Below, one piece after another: positions 53,028-62,698 of a DNA stretch of 64,000 nt. Source of the stretch: Candidatus Harrisonbacteria bacterium (GTDB lineage Bacteria > Patescibacteriota > Minisyncoccia > UBA6257 > UBA11618); the NCBI GenBank assembly GCA_023244855.1, contig JAHFLO010000002.1:8017-72016 (forward strand). The letters run 5' to 3'. The notes under the pieces are model-generated. The model was given only the letters and a program-made list of their open reading frames with translations, had not been told where the DNA came from and ran no database searches. The stretch's first letter is position 1. Every line of letters starts with the position of its first letter. Made by a program: the position numbers and the translations under genes.

Positions 53028-54266
53028 GTGCATTATCGGGCTAACATGCGAAAGGATGCCGCGCTCGAAAAATTCATGAAAACCGAGCTCTTGCGCCAAA
53101 AGGCGCAGGTGAATCTTATTCCGTCCGAAAATTACGTTTCGGACGAAATGCTTTCCGTGATTGGTTCGGTTCTTACGAACAAGTATTCGGAGGGCTATAT
53201 CGGCAAGCGTTATTATCCGGGGAATACGGCCTATGACGGCATCGAGAAGTTAGCGCAAGACCGCATCCGCAAACTCTTCAAGCTCGGTAAGGATTGGCAT
53301 ATTAACGTCCAACCGCATTCGGGGTCGAGCGCCAACATGGCGGTGTATCTCGCGCTTATGCAGCCCGCGGAAACATTCGTCGCGATGGGGCTTGCTTCCG
53401 GCGGGCACCTATCGCACGGTCATCGCGTCTCGGCAACTGGCCGCCTGTTTCGTGCGGTGCATTACGGGCTCGATGTGGATGGTGTGCTTGATTATGCGGA
53501 GGCGGCACGGCTCGTTGATATGCATAAGGCGAAGATAGTGGTGTCGGGCGCTACGAGCTATCCGCGTGCAATCGATTTTGCACGTTTCGGTGATATCGCT
53601 AAGCGCACAGGCGCATATCACGTAGCGGATATTTCTCATATCGCGGGGCTCGTCGCCGCCGGCTTGCATCCGTCGCCGTTTCCGCACGCCGACGTTGTAA
53701 CAAGCACGACGCATAAGACGCTTCGCGGGCCGCGCGGCGCCTTCATAGCATGCCGGAGCGACTTTGCTGACCGTATCGACCGCGTTGTCTTTCCAGGGCT
53801 CCAAGGCGGTCCGCATAACCATATAACGGCGGCCATCGCGCGTATGGGGTTCGAGGCGCTAGAGCCTTCTTTTAAGAAATACCAAACGCAGATCATTAAG
53901 AACGCGCAGTCGCTTGCGAAGGCCTTACTTGCCGAAGGTTTTACGCTCGTCTCAGGTGGCACCGACAACCACTTAATGCTTATCGATTGCAAAAATACGG
54001 ATATGACGGGCATGGAGGCGCAGGATGCGCTTGAGGCCGCAGGCATTACCGCTAACCGCAATTCGATCGCGGGGGATCAGTCGCCGTTTTATCCTACGGG
54101 CGTACGGCTCGGCACGCCGGCAGTGACAACGCGCGGCATGAAGGAGCGTGATATGGCGCGTATCGCGGAATGGATTGGGCGCGTTTTAATTAAGAAAGAA
54201 AAGCCCGCGAAGGTCGGCAAGGAGGTTGCGGCGTTCGCGGCTAAGTTCTCTTTGTATGCAGATTGA
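53028..54266 (+). CDS. glyA: serine hydroxymethyltransferase
   Basis: PLP-lysine motif TSTTHKTLRGPRG, SENYVS… N-terminal region, 412 aa. Confidence 0.9.
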   Translation: MHYRANMRKDAALEKFMKTELLRQKAQVNLIPSENYVSDEMLSVIGSVLTNKYSEGYIGKRYYPGNTAYDGIEKLAQDRIRKLFKLGKDWHINVQPHSGSSANMAVYLALMQPAETFVAMGLASGGHLSHGHRVSATGRLFRAVHYGLDVDGVLDYAEAARLVDMHKAKIVVSGATSYPRAIDFARFGDIAKRTGAYHVADISHIAGLVAAGLHPSPFPHADVVTSTTHKTLRGPRGAFIACRSDFADRIDRVVFPGLQGGPHNHITAAIARMGFEALEPSFKKYQTQIIKNAQSLAKALLAEGFTLVSGGTDNHLMLIDCKNTDMTGMEAQDALEAAGITANRNSIAGDQSPFYPTGVRLGTPAVTTRGMKERDMARIAEWIGRVLIKKEKPAKVGKEVAAFAAKFSLYAD

Positions 54267-55029
54267 TGGCAGAGAAATTGCGCGGGAAATCCTCGATGGC
54301 TTGCGCCGCAGGCCGGTGCCGCGCAAACGCATGGTAGCCGTACTCATAGGGGGCGACGAAGCGTCGGCATCGTTTTTGGCGCGCAAGGCGGCGGTCGCGC
54401 AGTCGCTCGGTATTGCGTTCGAGCTCGTTTCGTTTTCGGGGCGTGAGTCGCAGGGGGATATAGAGCAATCCATTAGATCTTTTGCCGCGGATTCTTCGGT
54501 GGGCGGTATCGTCCTTCAACTTCCGGTACCGAAAACGTACGATAGGGATGCTCTAATAAGCAGTATCCGCGAAGCGTTGGATGTTGATAATCTTTCGGGT
54601 CGTGTAGTCGTTGTGCCGCCTGCGCTCGGTGCTGTGGTAGCCGTGCTCGCGTCGTGCGGTAAGCAATTTTCTGATTATACGGCGGTCCGTATCGTGGGTA
54701 ATGGATATCTTGTGGGTGCGCCCATAGCGCGTTTTTGCGCGTTAGCCGGTATTCCGCACGAGGTAGCAAACAGTAAAACAGCAGATCTTCACGGTTTCGT
54801 CCGTAGTGGCGACCTCGTGATAACGGGCGTAGGAAAGGCGGGTGTCGTGGACCCAGCGTGGCTCGCGGATGGCGCGGGCGTGATAGACTTCGGCTTTCCG
54901 CCGGACTTCAATCAGGAAAAGTTGGCGGCATCCCACGACCGCCTTGCATTTTATACGCCTACACCATTCGGCACCGGCCCGATTCTTATCGCGAAGCTTT
55001 TCGAAAATTTCTATTCCCTAAATTCCTGA
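54256..55029 (+). CDS. folD: bifunctional methylenetetrahydrofolate dehydrogenase/cyclohydrolase
   Basis: MQIDGREIAREI start, NADP-binding region, FolD length. Overlaps the glyA stop by 11 nt. The track ORF start is trimmed. Confidence 0.85.
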   Translation: MQIDGREIAREILDGLRRRPVPRKRMVAVLIGGDEASASFLARKAAVAQSLGIAFELVSFSGRESQGDIEQSIRSFAADSSVGGIVLQLPVPKTYDRDALISSIREALDVDNLSGRVVVVPPALGAVVAVLASCGKQFSDYTAVRIVGNGYLVGAPIARFCALAGIPHEVANSKTADLHGFVRSGDLVITGVGKAGVVDPAWLADGAGVIDFGFPPDFNQEKLAASHDRLAFYTPTPFGTGPILIAKLFENFYSLNS

Positions 55030-55096
55030 TAGGGGGACGGGAGTCCATAGACCGTTAGTGGACGGGAGTCCACCGAACGTTAGTGGATAACTACTA

Positions 55097-55408
55097 TTGA
55101 CCCGTGCATACGTGTGGTATGATACCTGCATGGTAAAAGAAAAGTTTTACTACATAGTCGGCGTATCGCTTCTCGTTCTCCTCGTCCTCGTCGTATACGT
55201 GGGCAGCAGGGCGCAGAACTTGGAGCTCGGCCTCGCTAACGTCGATGCGCGCCTTTCCGTTATTGAGTCGCAACTCAATATCACGGACAGCTCCGCATAC
55301 TACTACGACGACGGCAGCGACGCGTACACTTCATCGGTATACGACACGCTCGGCGGTTCGTACTACGACGAAAGCCAGTACGTCCCGTACGACTACGTAG
55401 TACAGTAA
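55097..55408 (+). CDS. small single-TM protein with Tyr/Asp-rich C-terminal tail
   Basis: TM VGVSLLVLLVLVVYV, then SAYYYDDGSDAYTSSVYDTLGGSYYDESQYVPYDYVVQ. Confidence 0.35.
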   Translation: MTRAYVWYDTCMVKEKFYYIVGVSLLVLLVLVVYVGSRAQNLELGLANVDARLSVIESQLNITDSSAYYYDDGSDAYTSSVYDTLGGSYYDESQYVPYDYVVQ

Positions 55409-55448
55409 TCTCCACGGGGGATTATCTTGAGAAAAATAAAAACCGCCT

Positions 55449-55475
55449 GTGAGGGGCGGTTTTTATTTACGTTAG
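55449..55475. terminator. bidirectional terminator (aaaaccgcc-tgtgagg-ggcggtttt)
   Basis: 7-bp stem with A/T flanks between convergent genes (small TM protein + and recA -). Confidence 0.6.
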
Positions 55476-55485
55476 AGGATTGCTA

Positions 55486-56526
55486 CTATTCCGCAGCGAT
55501 AATCTTTTTTTCTATTTCTTTCGTTATCTTTTTGTCGTTTTTCATTGCGAGGCGGGCGTTTTCGAAGCCGACGCCGAGTTTAGTCCCATCGAAGGAGTAC
55601 GTCGATCCTGATTTGGTGATGATACCCTTCGTGATAGCGACGTTTAGTACGTCGCCCTCGTACGAAATGCCGTCGCCGTACATAATATCGAATTCCGCGA
55701 CTTGGAAGGGTGCGGCTACCTTATTTTTTACTACTTTAACTTTCACGCGACTACCAACCACTTCTTCGCCCTTCTTTACCTGCGCGATACGCCGTACGTC
55801 GAGCCGTACGGATGAGGCAAATTTGAGGGCGCGCCCCCCCGGCGTGGTTTCGGGGTTACCGAACATCATGCCGATCTGCATGCGTATCTGGTTTATAAAT
55901 ATGATGAGTGTGTCGCTTTTCGAGGCAATCGCCGTAAGCTTCCTAAGCGCCTGCGCCATCATGCGTGCCTGCAAGCCCATGAACTGCTGGCCCATTTGCC
56001 CGTCTATTTCCGCTTTGGGTGTAAGGGCGGCGACGGAATCTACCACGACGACGTCGATAATGTTTGATCGCACCAAAGCCTCCAGGATATTAAGCGCTTC
56101 TTCGCCGTTATCCGGCTGGGAGATTATAAGGTCTTTGATCTTTACGCCGTTTTTCACCGCGTATTCGGGGTCGAGCGCGTGCTCGGCGTCGATGAAGGCA
56201 CATTTACCGCCGCCGGCTTGCGCTTGCGCAATAACATTCAAGGCGAGGGTAGTCTTACCGCTCGATTCGGGGCCGAACACTTCGACGATGCGGCCCTTGG
56301 GCAGGCCGTCAACGCCCAAAGCGCGGTCGAGGGAAAACGATCCGGTGCGTACCACCTTCACGTTCATCTTCTTCGTGTCGCCGAGGGTCATGACGGACCC
56401 TTCGCCGAACTTATCCTGCAAAGACGTGAGTAAATCTTGTAGTCCGCTCTTTTCGTTTTTAGTTTCCGTCTCCGGTTGTTGTGCTGGCGTTTTTGGCATC
56501 AATTTTTTCGTTAGTTGGTATGACAT
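55486..56526 (-). CDS. recA: recombinase RecA
   Basis: Walker [27 protein letters not shown]1/L2 loop regions. The true start may be the internal MPKTPAQQ. Confidence 0.9.
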   Translation of the reverse strand: MSYQLTKKLMPKTPAQQPETETKNEKSGLQDLLTSLQDKFGEGSVMTLGDTKKMNVKVVRTGSFSLDRALGVDGLPKGRIVEVFGPESSGKTTLALNVIAQAQAGGGKCAFIDAEHALDPEYAVKNGVKIKDLIISQPDNGEEALNILEALVRSNIIDVVVVDSVAALTPKAEIDGQMGQQFMGLQARMMAQALRKLTAIASKSDTLIIFINQIRMQIGMMFGNPETTPGGRALKFASSVRLDVRRIAQVKKGEEVVGSRVKVKVVKNKVAAPFQVAEFDIMYGDGISYEGDVLNVAITKGIITKSGSTYSFDGTKLGVGFENARLAMKNDKKITKEIEKKIIAAE

Positions 56527-57145
56527 ATACGATATTTCGCACTATGCGTGCTTCCTTCCCGAGGAACTTGCGTACGATAAACTCGACGCTGTTTATCCCT
56601 TCTTGCAGCCGAATTTCTTTTTGGAAAAGACCGTCCTTGCCTACGTAGGCTTCGCTGCCGTTCACCGTTACGACGTATGCCGGATCGGTTCTTCCTTGCA
56701 GGAGAATCGTTTCCTGTGCGACGGTACTGCCTTCGCTCGCGGGCACCGTGATGACGAGTTCCGGCGGGGAAACGATTCCATATACGGCATATCCACCAAA
56801 CATGAGGCAAGCAACGAGCACGAAGCTCGCAACAGCCCATCCGCGGCTTATGCCGCGTACGGCAAACCGGTTGTTAGGTAGGCGGTCTTCGCGCCCCGAT
56901 TTGGTAAGGGATGACTCCTTTTGGTAGAGGCGCCACATCGTTTCCTTGTCGAAATTAAGGATTCCTGAAAGTTTCGCTATGTAGCCATGCACGTAGGGCG
57001 ATGGCGGGAGCTTCGACGTGTCACCTTGCAGGAGCATTTCAATATAGCGGTCGGGGATACCCGTCATTTCCGCTATTTTTTTAGGGGATAGTCCCTTCAG
57101 TTCGATGTGCTCGCGCAACAGCTCCTTAAGCGATGTCGTTTCCAT
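56459..57145 (-). CDS. RodZ-like protein (N-terminal HTH, single TM, extracytoplasmic domain)
   Basis: XRE-type [51 protein letters not shown], immediately upstream of recA. Confidence 0.5.
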   Translation of the reverse strand: METTSLKELLREHIELKGLSPKKIAEMTGIPDRYIEMLLQGDTSKLPPSPYVHGYIAKLSGILNFDKETMWRLYQKESSLTKSGREDRLPNNRFAVRGISRGWAVASFVLVACLMFGGYAVYGIVSPPELVITVPASEGSTVAQETILLQGRTDPAYVVTVNGSEAYVGKDGLFQKEIRLQEGINSVEFIVRKFLGKEARIVRNIVYVIPTNEKIDAKNASTTTGDGN

Positions 57146-57207
57146 TGGCTTTCAGTATATGGCTCACGGGGTGAAAGTCAAAGGAAAACTCCGCCGTCCG
57201 AATTCCG

Positions 57208-59385
57208 CTATTGGAAGTCTGCTGCGGATATTTCGTCAACGCTTTTTTCGAGGAATACTTCGCGGGGCTTCGCGCCCTCGCCGGGGCCGATGATGCCTTT
57301 GCTTTCCATGAGGTCTAGTAGGCGCGCCGCGCGGGCATAGCCTACTTTCAAGCGGCGTTGTAAAAGAGATGCGGATGCCTTCTGCGCCTGTTTCACCGTC
57401 TCTACCGCTTCGTCGTAGAGGTCGTCGTCTTCATCGCTGTCTAAATCTTCAAAGGATAAGTCTGGCATGCCCGCGGGCTTAGCAACTAAGTCTGCGGTAG
57501 TCGGTACGGGGTTGCCGTTCAAGTCGAGTACTACGGGCGCCTCTGCCGTCTTCGGTTGGTTATGTTCTTTAATGAAATCAACTACCGAGTGTATTTCCGC
57601 TTCCGTTACGAACGCGCCCTGCAAACGCTTGGGCTTGGAAAATTCGGAGGAGACTATAAGCATGTCGCCACCACCCAAGAGCTTTTCGGCACCGGCGCTG
57701 TCTAAGATAGTGCGCGAATCTATCTGGCTTGCTACCTGCAAAGCGATGCGGCAGGGGATGTTGGCCTTAATAAGGCCTGTGATGACTTCTACCGAAGGTC
57801 GTTGGGTGGCGAGCATCAAGTGGATGCCCGTTGCACGGGCCATCTGCGCCAAGCGTACGATTGCGGTTTCGATGTCTTTGCCGTAGGCGACCATCAAGTC
57901 CGCAAGCTCGTCGACGACGATAACGAGGAAGGGCATCTGCGTATCTTTATTCTTCGCGTTATAGCCCGTTATATCGCGGCAGCCGGCCTTAAGGAGCGTT
58001 TCGTAGCGGCGCTCCATTTCTTGTATTGCCCAGCGGAAGACGCCGGCGGCTTTTTTGCCTTCGGTTACAACGGGCGAAGCCAAGTGGGGGATGCCGTTAT
58101 AGATGGAGAGTTCCACCTTCTTCGGGTCGATCATGATGAACTGGAGCGTCTGTGGCGAGTTCTTGAAGAGTAGGGACGTGATGAACGTGTGGATGGTAAC
58201 GGATTTACCAGAGCCGGTTGCGCCCGCGACGAGCATGTGCGGCATCTTCGCAATGTTTACAGCAATAGGCTCGCCCGTAACGTCGCGGCCGAGGATTACG
58301 CTAAGCGGATGCGACTGCGAGAATTCGGGGTAAGCAAGTAAGCTGCCGAGGCGCACCATGGCAGCCGTTTTGTTAGGCACCTCAATACCCACGAGTGATT
58401 TACCCGGTATTGGCGCCTCGATACGTATGGGGTGCGCGGCTAAGGCGAGCGCCAAGTCCTGCCCGAGGGCGGTGAGCTTGGCTAAACGCACGCCTTCGGC
58501 AGGCTTTAAGGTGTAGCGGGTAAATTTAGGGCCGATGTTTATTTCGCCCATTTCGACGGAGATGCCGAAGCTGTCCATCGTGCGCTTGATGATATTCGCG
58601 TTCGCGCGTAGGTCACCGGCGGTGGGCCGCTCAATGCTCGATATTAAGAGTGATAAGGGCGGGGGGACGTAGTCTTTGAAGACGACCGGCTTTTTGTTCA
58701 TCACCGGCAGCTCCGCTTCTTTGCCGATAACGATATCCGCTCCTTTATCCTTTTTCTTCTCTTCCGCGGCCGCGAGCTTAGCTGCTTCTTCGGCGGCGCC
58801 AACCGCGGCGTTTACGTCCGTGCCGTTTTCGGCAACCGGCTTTTTTTCCTCTTCTTTCTTTTCCTTGCGCTTGATATGGAGTGGTAGGTCGAGCGCAATA
58901 ATAAACGAGGCGAGCATGACAACACCCATTATCACGAGCGAGGCTTGGTAGCCAAAGGGGCGTTGCACGAGGCCAATGCCCGTACCCACGAACCCCGCGT
59001 TATGGGGGAAGATTATGTCTATCGCGCCCAAAGCGCCGAGCACGAAGCCAATGCCGCCGAAGATGGGCGGGGCGAGCCACTCGAGTTCGCGGTGGGTAAG
59101 GAAGACGATGGCGAGTAGTAATGTCATCGCCGGCAACAAGTAGTAGCCCCAACCGAACGCTTTAACGAGCCCAATGTAAGCGTAGCCGCCGGCAGGCCCT
59201 GCCTTATCGAATAACGCGAGTACTAAAATAGCGCTCACGCCCAAAAGGGCGATAGCGATAACGCTCTTCTTTATCTCGCGGCTTAGCTGATCAAGAAAAG
59301 TCTTCTTTTCTTTAACCTGCTTTTTCTTCCCGCGCCGCGGGCGTTCATCCTCCTCCTCGTCTTCGTCGGTGGTCTTTCGTGCCAT
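57208..59385 (-). CDS. ftsK: DNA translocase FtsK/SpoIIIE
   Basis: N-terminal TM helices, Walker A VAGATGSGKSV, Walker B, and C-terminal gamma-domain-like winged helix. Confidence 0.9.
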   Translation of the reverse strand: MARKTTDEDEEEDERPRRGKKKQVKEKKTFLDQLSREIKKSVIAIALLGVSAILVLALFDKAGPAGGYAYIGLVKAFGWGYYLLPAMTLLLAIVFLTHRELEWLAPPIFGGIGFVLGALGAIDIIFPHNAGFVGTGIGLVQRPFGYQASLVIMGVVMLASFIIALDLPLHIKRKEKKEEEKKPVAENGTDVNAAVGAAEEAAKLAAAEEKKKDKGADIVIGKEAELPVMNKKPVVFKDYVPPPLSLLISSIERPTAGDLRANANIIKRTMDSFGISVEMGEINIGPKFTRYTLKPAEGVRLAKLTALGQDLALALAAHPIRIEAPIPGKSLVGIEVPNKTAAMVRLGSLLAYPEFSQSHPLSVILGRDVTGEPIAVNIAKMPHMLVAGATGSGKSVTIHTFITSLLFKNSPQTLQFIMIDPKKVELSIYNGIPHLASPVVTEGKKAAGVFRWAIQEMERRYETLLKAGCRDITGYNAKNKDTQMPFLVIVVDELADLMVAYGKDIETAIVRLAQMARATGIHLMLATQRPSVEVITGLIKANIPCRIALQVASQIDSRTILDSAGAEKLLGGGDMLIVSSEFSKPKRLQGAFVTEAEIHSVVDFIKEHNQPKTAEAPVVLDLNGNPVPTTADLVAKPAGMPDLSFEDLDSDEDDDLYDEAVETVKQAQKASASLLQRRLKVGYARAARLLDLMESKGIIGPGEGAKPREVFLEKSVDEISAADFQ

Positions 59386-59405
59386 GCGCTTATGATAACA
59401 AAAAT

Positions 59406-59972
59406 TTAAAACAATGTAGCGGGAAGCTCCAACTCTTTAAAATTAAGAGGCACTTTTACGAGTTCGTTTGTGTAGCGCTTAGGGATGTTGATAAACTTTT
59501 GCTTTTGGATGAGGTCATAGAGCTGTTTCGTAATACGCACGTCGTGCGTGCAGTATTCGATGAGCTTGTCCCATTCGCCGCGCTTGTAGAATTCAATGGC
59601 TTCGAGGCCGTGGCTCGTTTTTTGGGTGCCTAAATTAGTCTTCGCGAGCATGTCGAGCGATATGCGCGAGCCGTACGCAAGTTCTATTTCGTCCAAGATA
59701 TCCAAGCGGGGGAGCGCCATCACGTTGAACGGCATATATTTTTTCATAACCGGTAGGTCGAAGCGCGAAATAGCGAAGCCAATCACGAGGCCGGCGTTTT
59801 GGAATACGGGCGCGAGCTTATCCCACTCGCCCTCGCGATAGCTCGCGTACGTGTCGTGGTTGTAGGAATAGACGCAGACGACCGAGACTTCGAGTTTTTC
59901 TAAGTTGTCCCTGCCGCCCACATCCTCGAAGGAATTTTTCGTCTCGACGTCGAATACAATCTTGTCTTTCAT
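59406..59972 (-). CDS. DEDD-family 3'-5' exonuclease (RNase H-like fold)
   Basis: Exo motifs FDVET (I), FAISRFDLPVM (II), YCTHDV (III). Start placed at MKDKIV; TATAAT lies 6 nt upstream on the minus strand. Confidence 0.6.
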   Translation of the reverse strand: MKDKIVFDVETKNSFEDVGGRDNLEKLEVSVVCVYSYNHDTYASYREGEWDKLAPVFQNAGLVIGFAISRFDLPVMKKYMPFNVMALPRLDILDEIELAYGSRISLDMLAKTNLGTQKTSHGLEAIEFYKRGEWDKLIEYCTHDVRITKQLYDLIQKQKFINIPKRYTNELVKVPLNFKELELPATLF

Positions 59973-60002
59973 GGGTGAATTATAAAAATATCCCATCGCG
60001 GC

Positions 60003-60048
60003 AAAAAAAAGAAGCCGCATCGCGTCCCGTGGGGGATTTGATGCGGCT
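60003..60048 (-). terminator. rho-independent terminator of the Clp-N gene (stem agccgcatc…gatgcggct, then T8 on minus strand)
   Basis: 9-bp stem with an 18-nt loop. A8 run on the plus strand upstream means U-run on the minus strand. Confidence 0.5.
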
Positions 60049-60066
60049 GTGGCTGAAAATAAGCGG

Positions 60067-60618
60067 CTACAAAACGAGGGCTGGTTGCTTTTCTGCGTCG
60101 GCGGTTGTCGGCGGCTCTTCATGTTGCCCGACAATGCCGAGCTTTTTGAAGATCTCCGGCTGATCTTTTTCGAGAAGCATGCCGATGAGCAGATGTTCGG
60201 TGCTGACATATTTGGCGTTTGCGGCTTTGGCTTGGCGGATTGCGCGTGCGAGGACTACGATGCATTTCGTGTTCAGGGGTGCTGCGTTTTCTTCCAAGGC
60301 TTCGGGGTTGCGCGGTTTGATATGGAGATATTCCGCGAGCATTTCAATCATTGACGAGAATTGGAGCGTCATCCTTTGGAGTATTGAGGCGGCTGTGTTG
60401 TTTTTGTGCGTGACGATCGCATAGAGAAGATGCTCGGGTTTTGTTTCAGTTTCTCCGGCATCGAACGCCGCTTTTCTTGCGCTCAAGATAACCTGCTCGA
60501 CGGGCTTGCTTAAGTCGTGACGGATTTTATTCACTAGCGATCCCTTTCGTAAAAGACGTGAAGTTGGAAATGAGCTGTCAGGTAACAGCACATAACTAGA
60601 GTACCATTTTACTTGCAA
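60067..60618 (-). CDS. standalone Clp N-terminal (ClpA/B N-domain repeat) protein
   Basis: Two repeats of the Clp_N pattern (QVILSARKAAFDAGETETKPEHLLYAIV; IVVLARAIRQAKAANAKYVSTEHLLIGML). No AAA+ module. Confidence 0.6.
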   Translation of the reverse strand: MQVKWYSSYVLLPDSSFPTSRLLRKGSLVNKIRHDLSKPVEQVILSARKAAFDAGETETKPEHLLYAIVTHKNNTAASILQRMTLQFSSMIEMLAEYLHIKPRNPEALEENAAPLNTKCIVVLARAIRQAKAANAKYVSTEHLLIGMLLEKDQPEIFKKLGIVGQHEEPPTTADAEKQPALVL

Positions 60619-60680
60619 AGGGGCAAGCGTGGTGGTAGTATTGCGCTAGCCTTTTTCATGCGGAGAAATCGCGGCGCGCC

Positions 60681-61304
60681 ATGGCGGCGCTCCGGACGTA
60701 TCCGCCTAATCGAAGGGATCGAAGCATGACACCTGCTGGTTTAGGAACATCGCTCGCGCATAGCGCGGGCACAGCTTCAATGATTGCGTCGGGTGACGGA
60801 GGAGATGACGAATCGGAATTGCCGCGTATTCTGAGGAAGGATTGCCCGCTCGTCGCGATCCCGCCGCTCAAGGAAGGTTTTCTTGTTAGCGATTTCTTTT
60901 CCGCGAATGCCGCTCATGGCTTATTCGCTGAAGTCTGCCTTGATTTTTTGGAGATTTTCGGAAGATACGCGGTGGGGCCTTCGAGGGTCCGGCGCGTCGC
61001 ACGGCATGCGCTCTTGCGCTCCTCGCAGACCGTTGCCATCGAGCGGCTATTTCCTTCGCCGCCCGACATCGGCCTCCATGCGCTCTCGGAGCTCATTTTG
61101 CACAGTACCCTTCCTACGTCTTCATTTCGCGGCTTGGATGACACGCCGCTTGCTGATGAAGAGGCGGGGCCGCGGCAGAACTTGGTCCAAGTTGACGGAT
61201 GGTGGATCAGCCTCTTTCGCGTCGACAAGAAAAAATGGCATCTGCAGATGCCTGACCCAGGCGACTTTTTCGCCAAATACACCAAGGTGTTCGTTCCCGA
61301 GTGA
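60681..61304 (+). CDS. hypothetical protein (coding status uncertain)
   Basis: Longest ORF in a 780-nt gap between the Clp-N gene and iscS. An alternative 123-aa ORF lies on the opposite strand. No motif recognised. Confidence 0.25.
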   Translation: MAALRTYPPNRRDRSMTPAGLGTSLAHSAGTASMIASGDGGDDESELPRILRKDCPLVAIPPLKEGFLVSDFFSANAAHGLFAEVCLDFLEIFGRYAVGPSRVRRVARHALLRSSQTVAIERLFPSPPDIGLHALSELILHSTLPTSSFRGLDDTPLADEEAGPRQNLVQVDGWWISLFRVDKKKWHLQMPDPGDFFAKYTKVFVPE

Positions 61305-61401
61305 TCGTTTCTAGTCAGCTGTGCGCCGCATAGGAAGCGGACGCACGCAGGGCCCTCCGCCGAACTGGACGTTCGGCGGAGAGGCTTTCTTTTTTATACA
61401 T

Positions 61402-62574
61402 ATGGCAACTAAAAGGATATATATGGATTATGCGGCAACGACCCCAATGGATAGTGGGGTGGAAAAAGCCATGCACCCGTTTTATAGCGGCATTTTTGGT
61501 AACCCGAGCTCGTCGCACCTGCACGGGCAACAGGCTTCGCGCGCCGTTTTCCTTGCGCGGCAGGCAGTAGCGAAGGCGCTTAACGCGGATTATACGGAGA
61601 TTGTTTTTACCGGTTCAGCTACCGAGGCGAATAACTTAGCCGTGCGCGGCGCGGTTGAGTATGCGGCAGCGCAGGGAATTATGAAGCCGCGTGTCGTCAT
61701 TTCTGCCATTGAGCACGAGTCCGTATACGAAGCGTGTATGGCGCTTAAGCGTTTGCACGGTGCGGAAATTATCGAAATTCCCGTAAACGGCGAGGGGATT
61801 ATCGATCTCACGAAGTTAGAGGTGGAGCTTAACGAAAATACCATCCTTGTTTCCATTCAGATGGCGAATAGCGAGCTCGGCGTTATCCAGCCTATAAAGG
61901 AAATCGCTGAAAGTATTAAAAAGTATAAGGCAGGGGCGGGGAGTGCGGTCTATCCCCTGTTCCATACGGATGCCGTGCAGGCATTCCAGTATATGGCGTG
62001 CAACGTAGCGGACTTGGGCGTGGATATGATGACGTTATCTGCCCACAAAATATATGGCCCAAAGGGAGTTGGCTTATTATATGTAAAGAAAGGTATTAGC
62101 ATCGAGCCTCAAATTGCAGGGGGTGGCCAAGAAAACGGCATGCGGAGCGGCACGGAAAACGTGGCGGCAATCGTCGGCTTCGCGAAAGCTGTGGAGATTG
62201 CGGAGAAAGTGCGCGTAAAAGAATTCAAGCGCGTCGCTGTATTACGTGACGCCTTATGGAAGGGAATTAAGAAAATAGTACCAGATGCGGAACTGAATGG
62301 ATCCGTAGTGGATCGCATTCCTAATAACCTAAACGTTTATCTACCGTCTCGCCCCGCGCAGGACGTATGCATAGAGTTAGACTTAATGGGTGTAGCTGTT
62401 TCGCCAGGGACTGCATGCGCTTCGCGCGCGGCAGAGCCGTCGCGAGTACTCAAAGCACTTGGATTTTCGGGCGACCGGCCAATGTCCTCCATTCGCTTTT
62501 CCCTTGGAAGGTATACTACGGCAGTAGAAATCCGTTCGGTTCTATCAATCCTCAAAAAACGCTTCGGAAAATAG
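61402..62574 (+). CDS. iscS: cysteine desulfurase (NifS/IscS-type class V aminotransferase)
   Basis: MDYAATTP…SGATE N-terminal motifs, PLP lysine SAHKIYGPKG, active-site Cys region SPGTAC. Start trimmed to MATKRIYMDYAATTP. Confidence 0.85.
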   Translation: MATKRIYMDYAATTPMDSGVEKAMHPFYSGIFGNPSSSHLHGQQASRAVFLARQAVAKALNADYTEIVFTGSATEANNLAVRGAVEYAAAQGIMKPRVVISAIEHESVYEACMALKRLHGAEIIEIPVNGEGIIDLTKLEVELNENTILVSIQMANSELGVIQPIKEIAESIKKYKAGAGSAVYPLFHTDAVQAFQYMACNVADLGVDMMTLSAHKIYGPKGVGLLYVKKGISIEPQIAGGGQENGMRSGTENVAAIVGFAKAVEIAEKVRVKEFKRVAVLRDALWKGIKKIVPDAELNGSVVDRIPNNLNVYLPSRPAQDVCIELDLMGVAVSPGTACASRAAEPSRVLKALGFSGDRPMSSIRFSLGRYTTAVEIRSVLSILKKRFGK

Positions 62575-62698
62575 CCTGTTGTTTAAATATTTATAATTCT
62601 GCACGGTCGTGTGAGATTGTAAATATTGAGCCGCTCCTTGGATTGGATGCGTGAAATAAATGTTGTCGTAGAGCGTTATATATGGTATAATGCCACCA

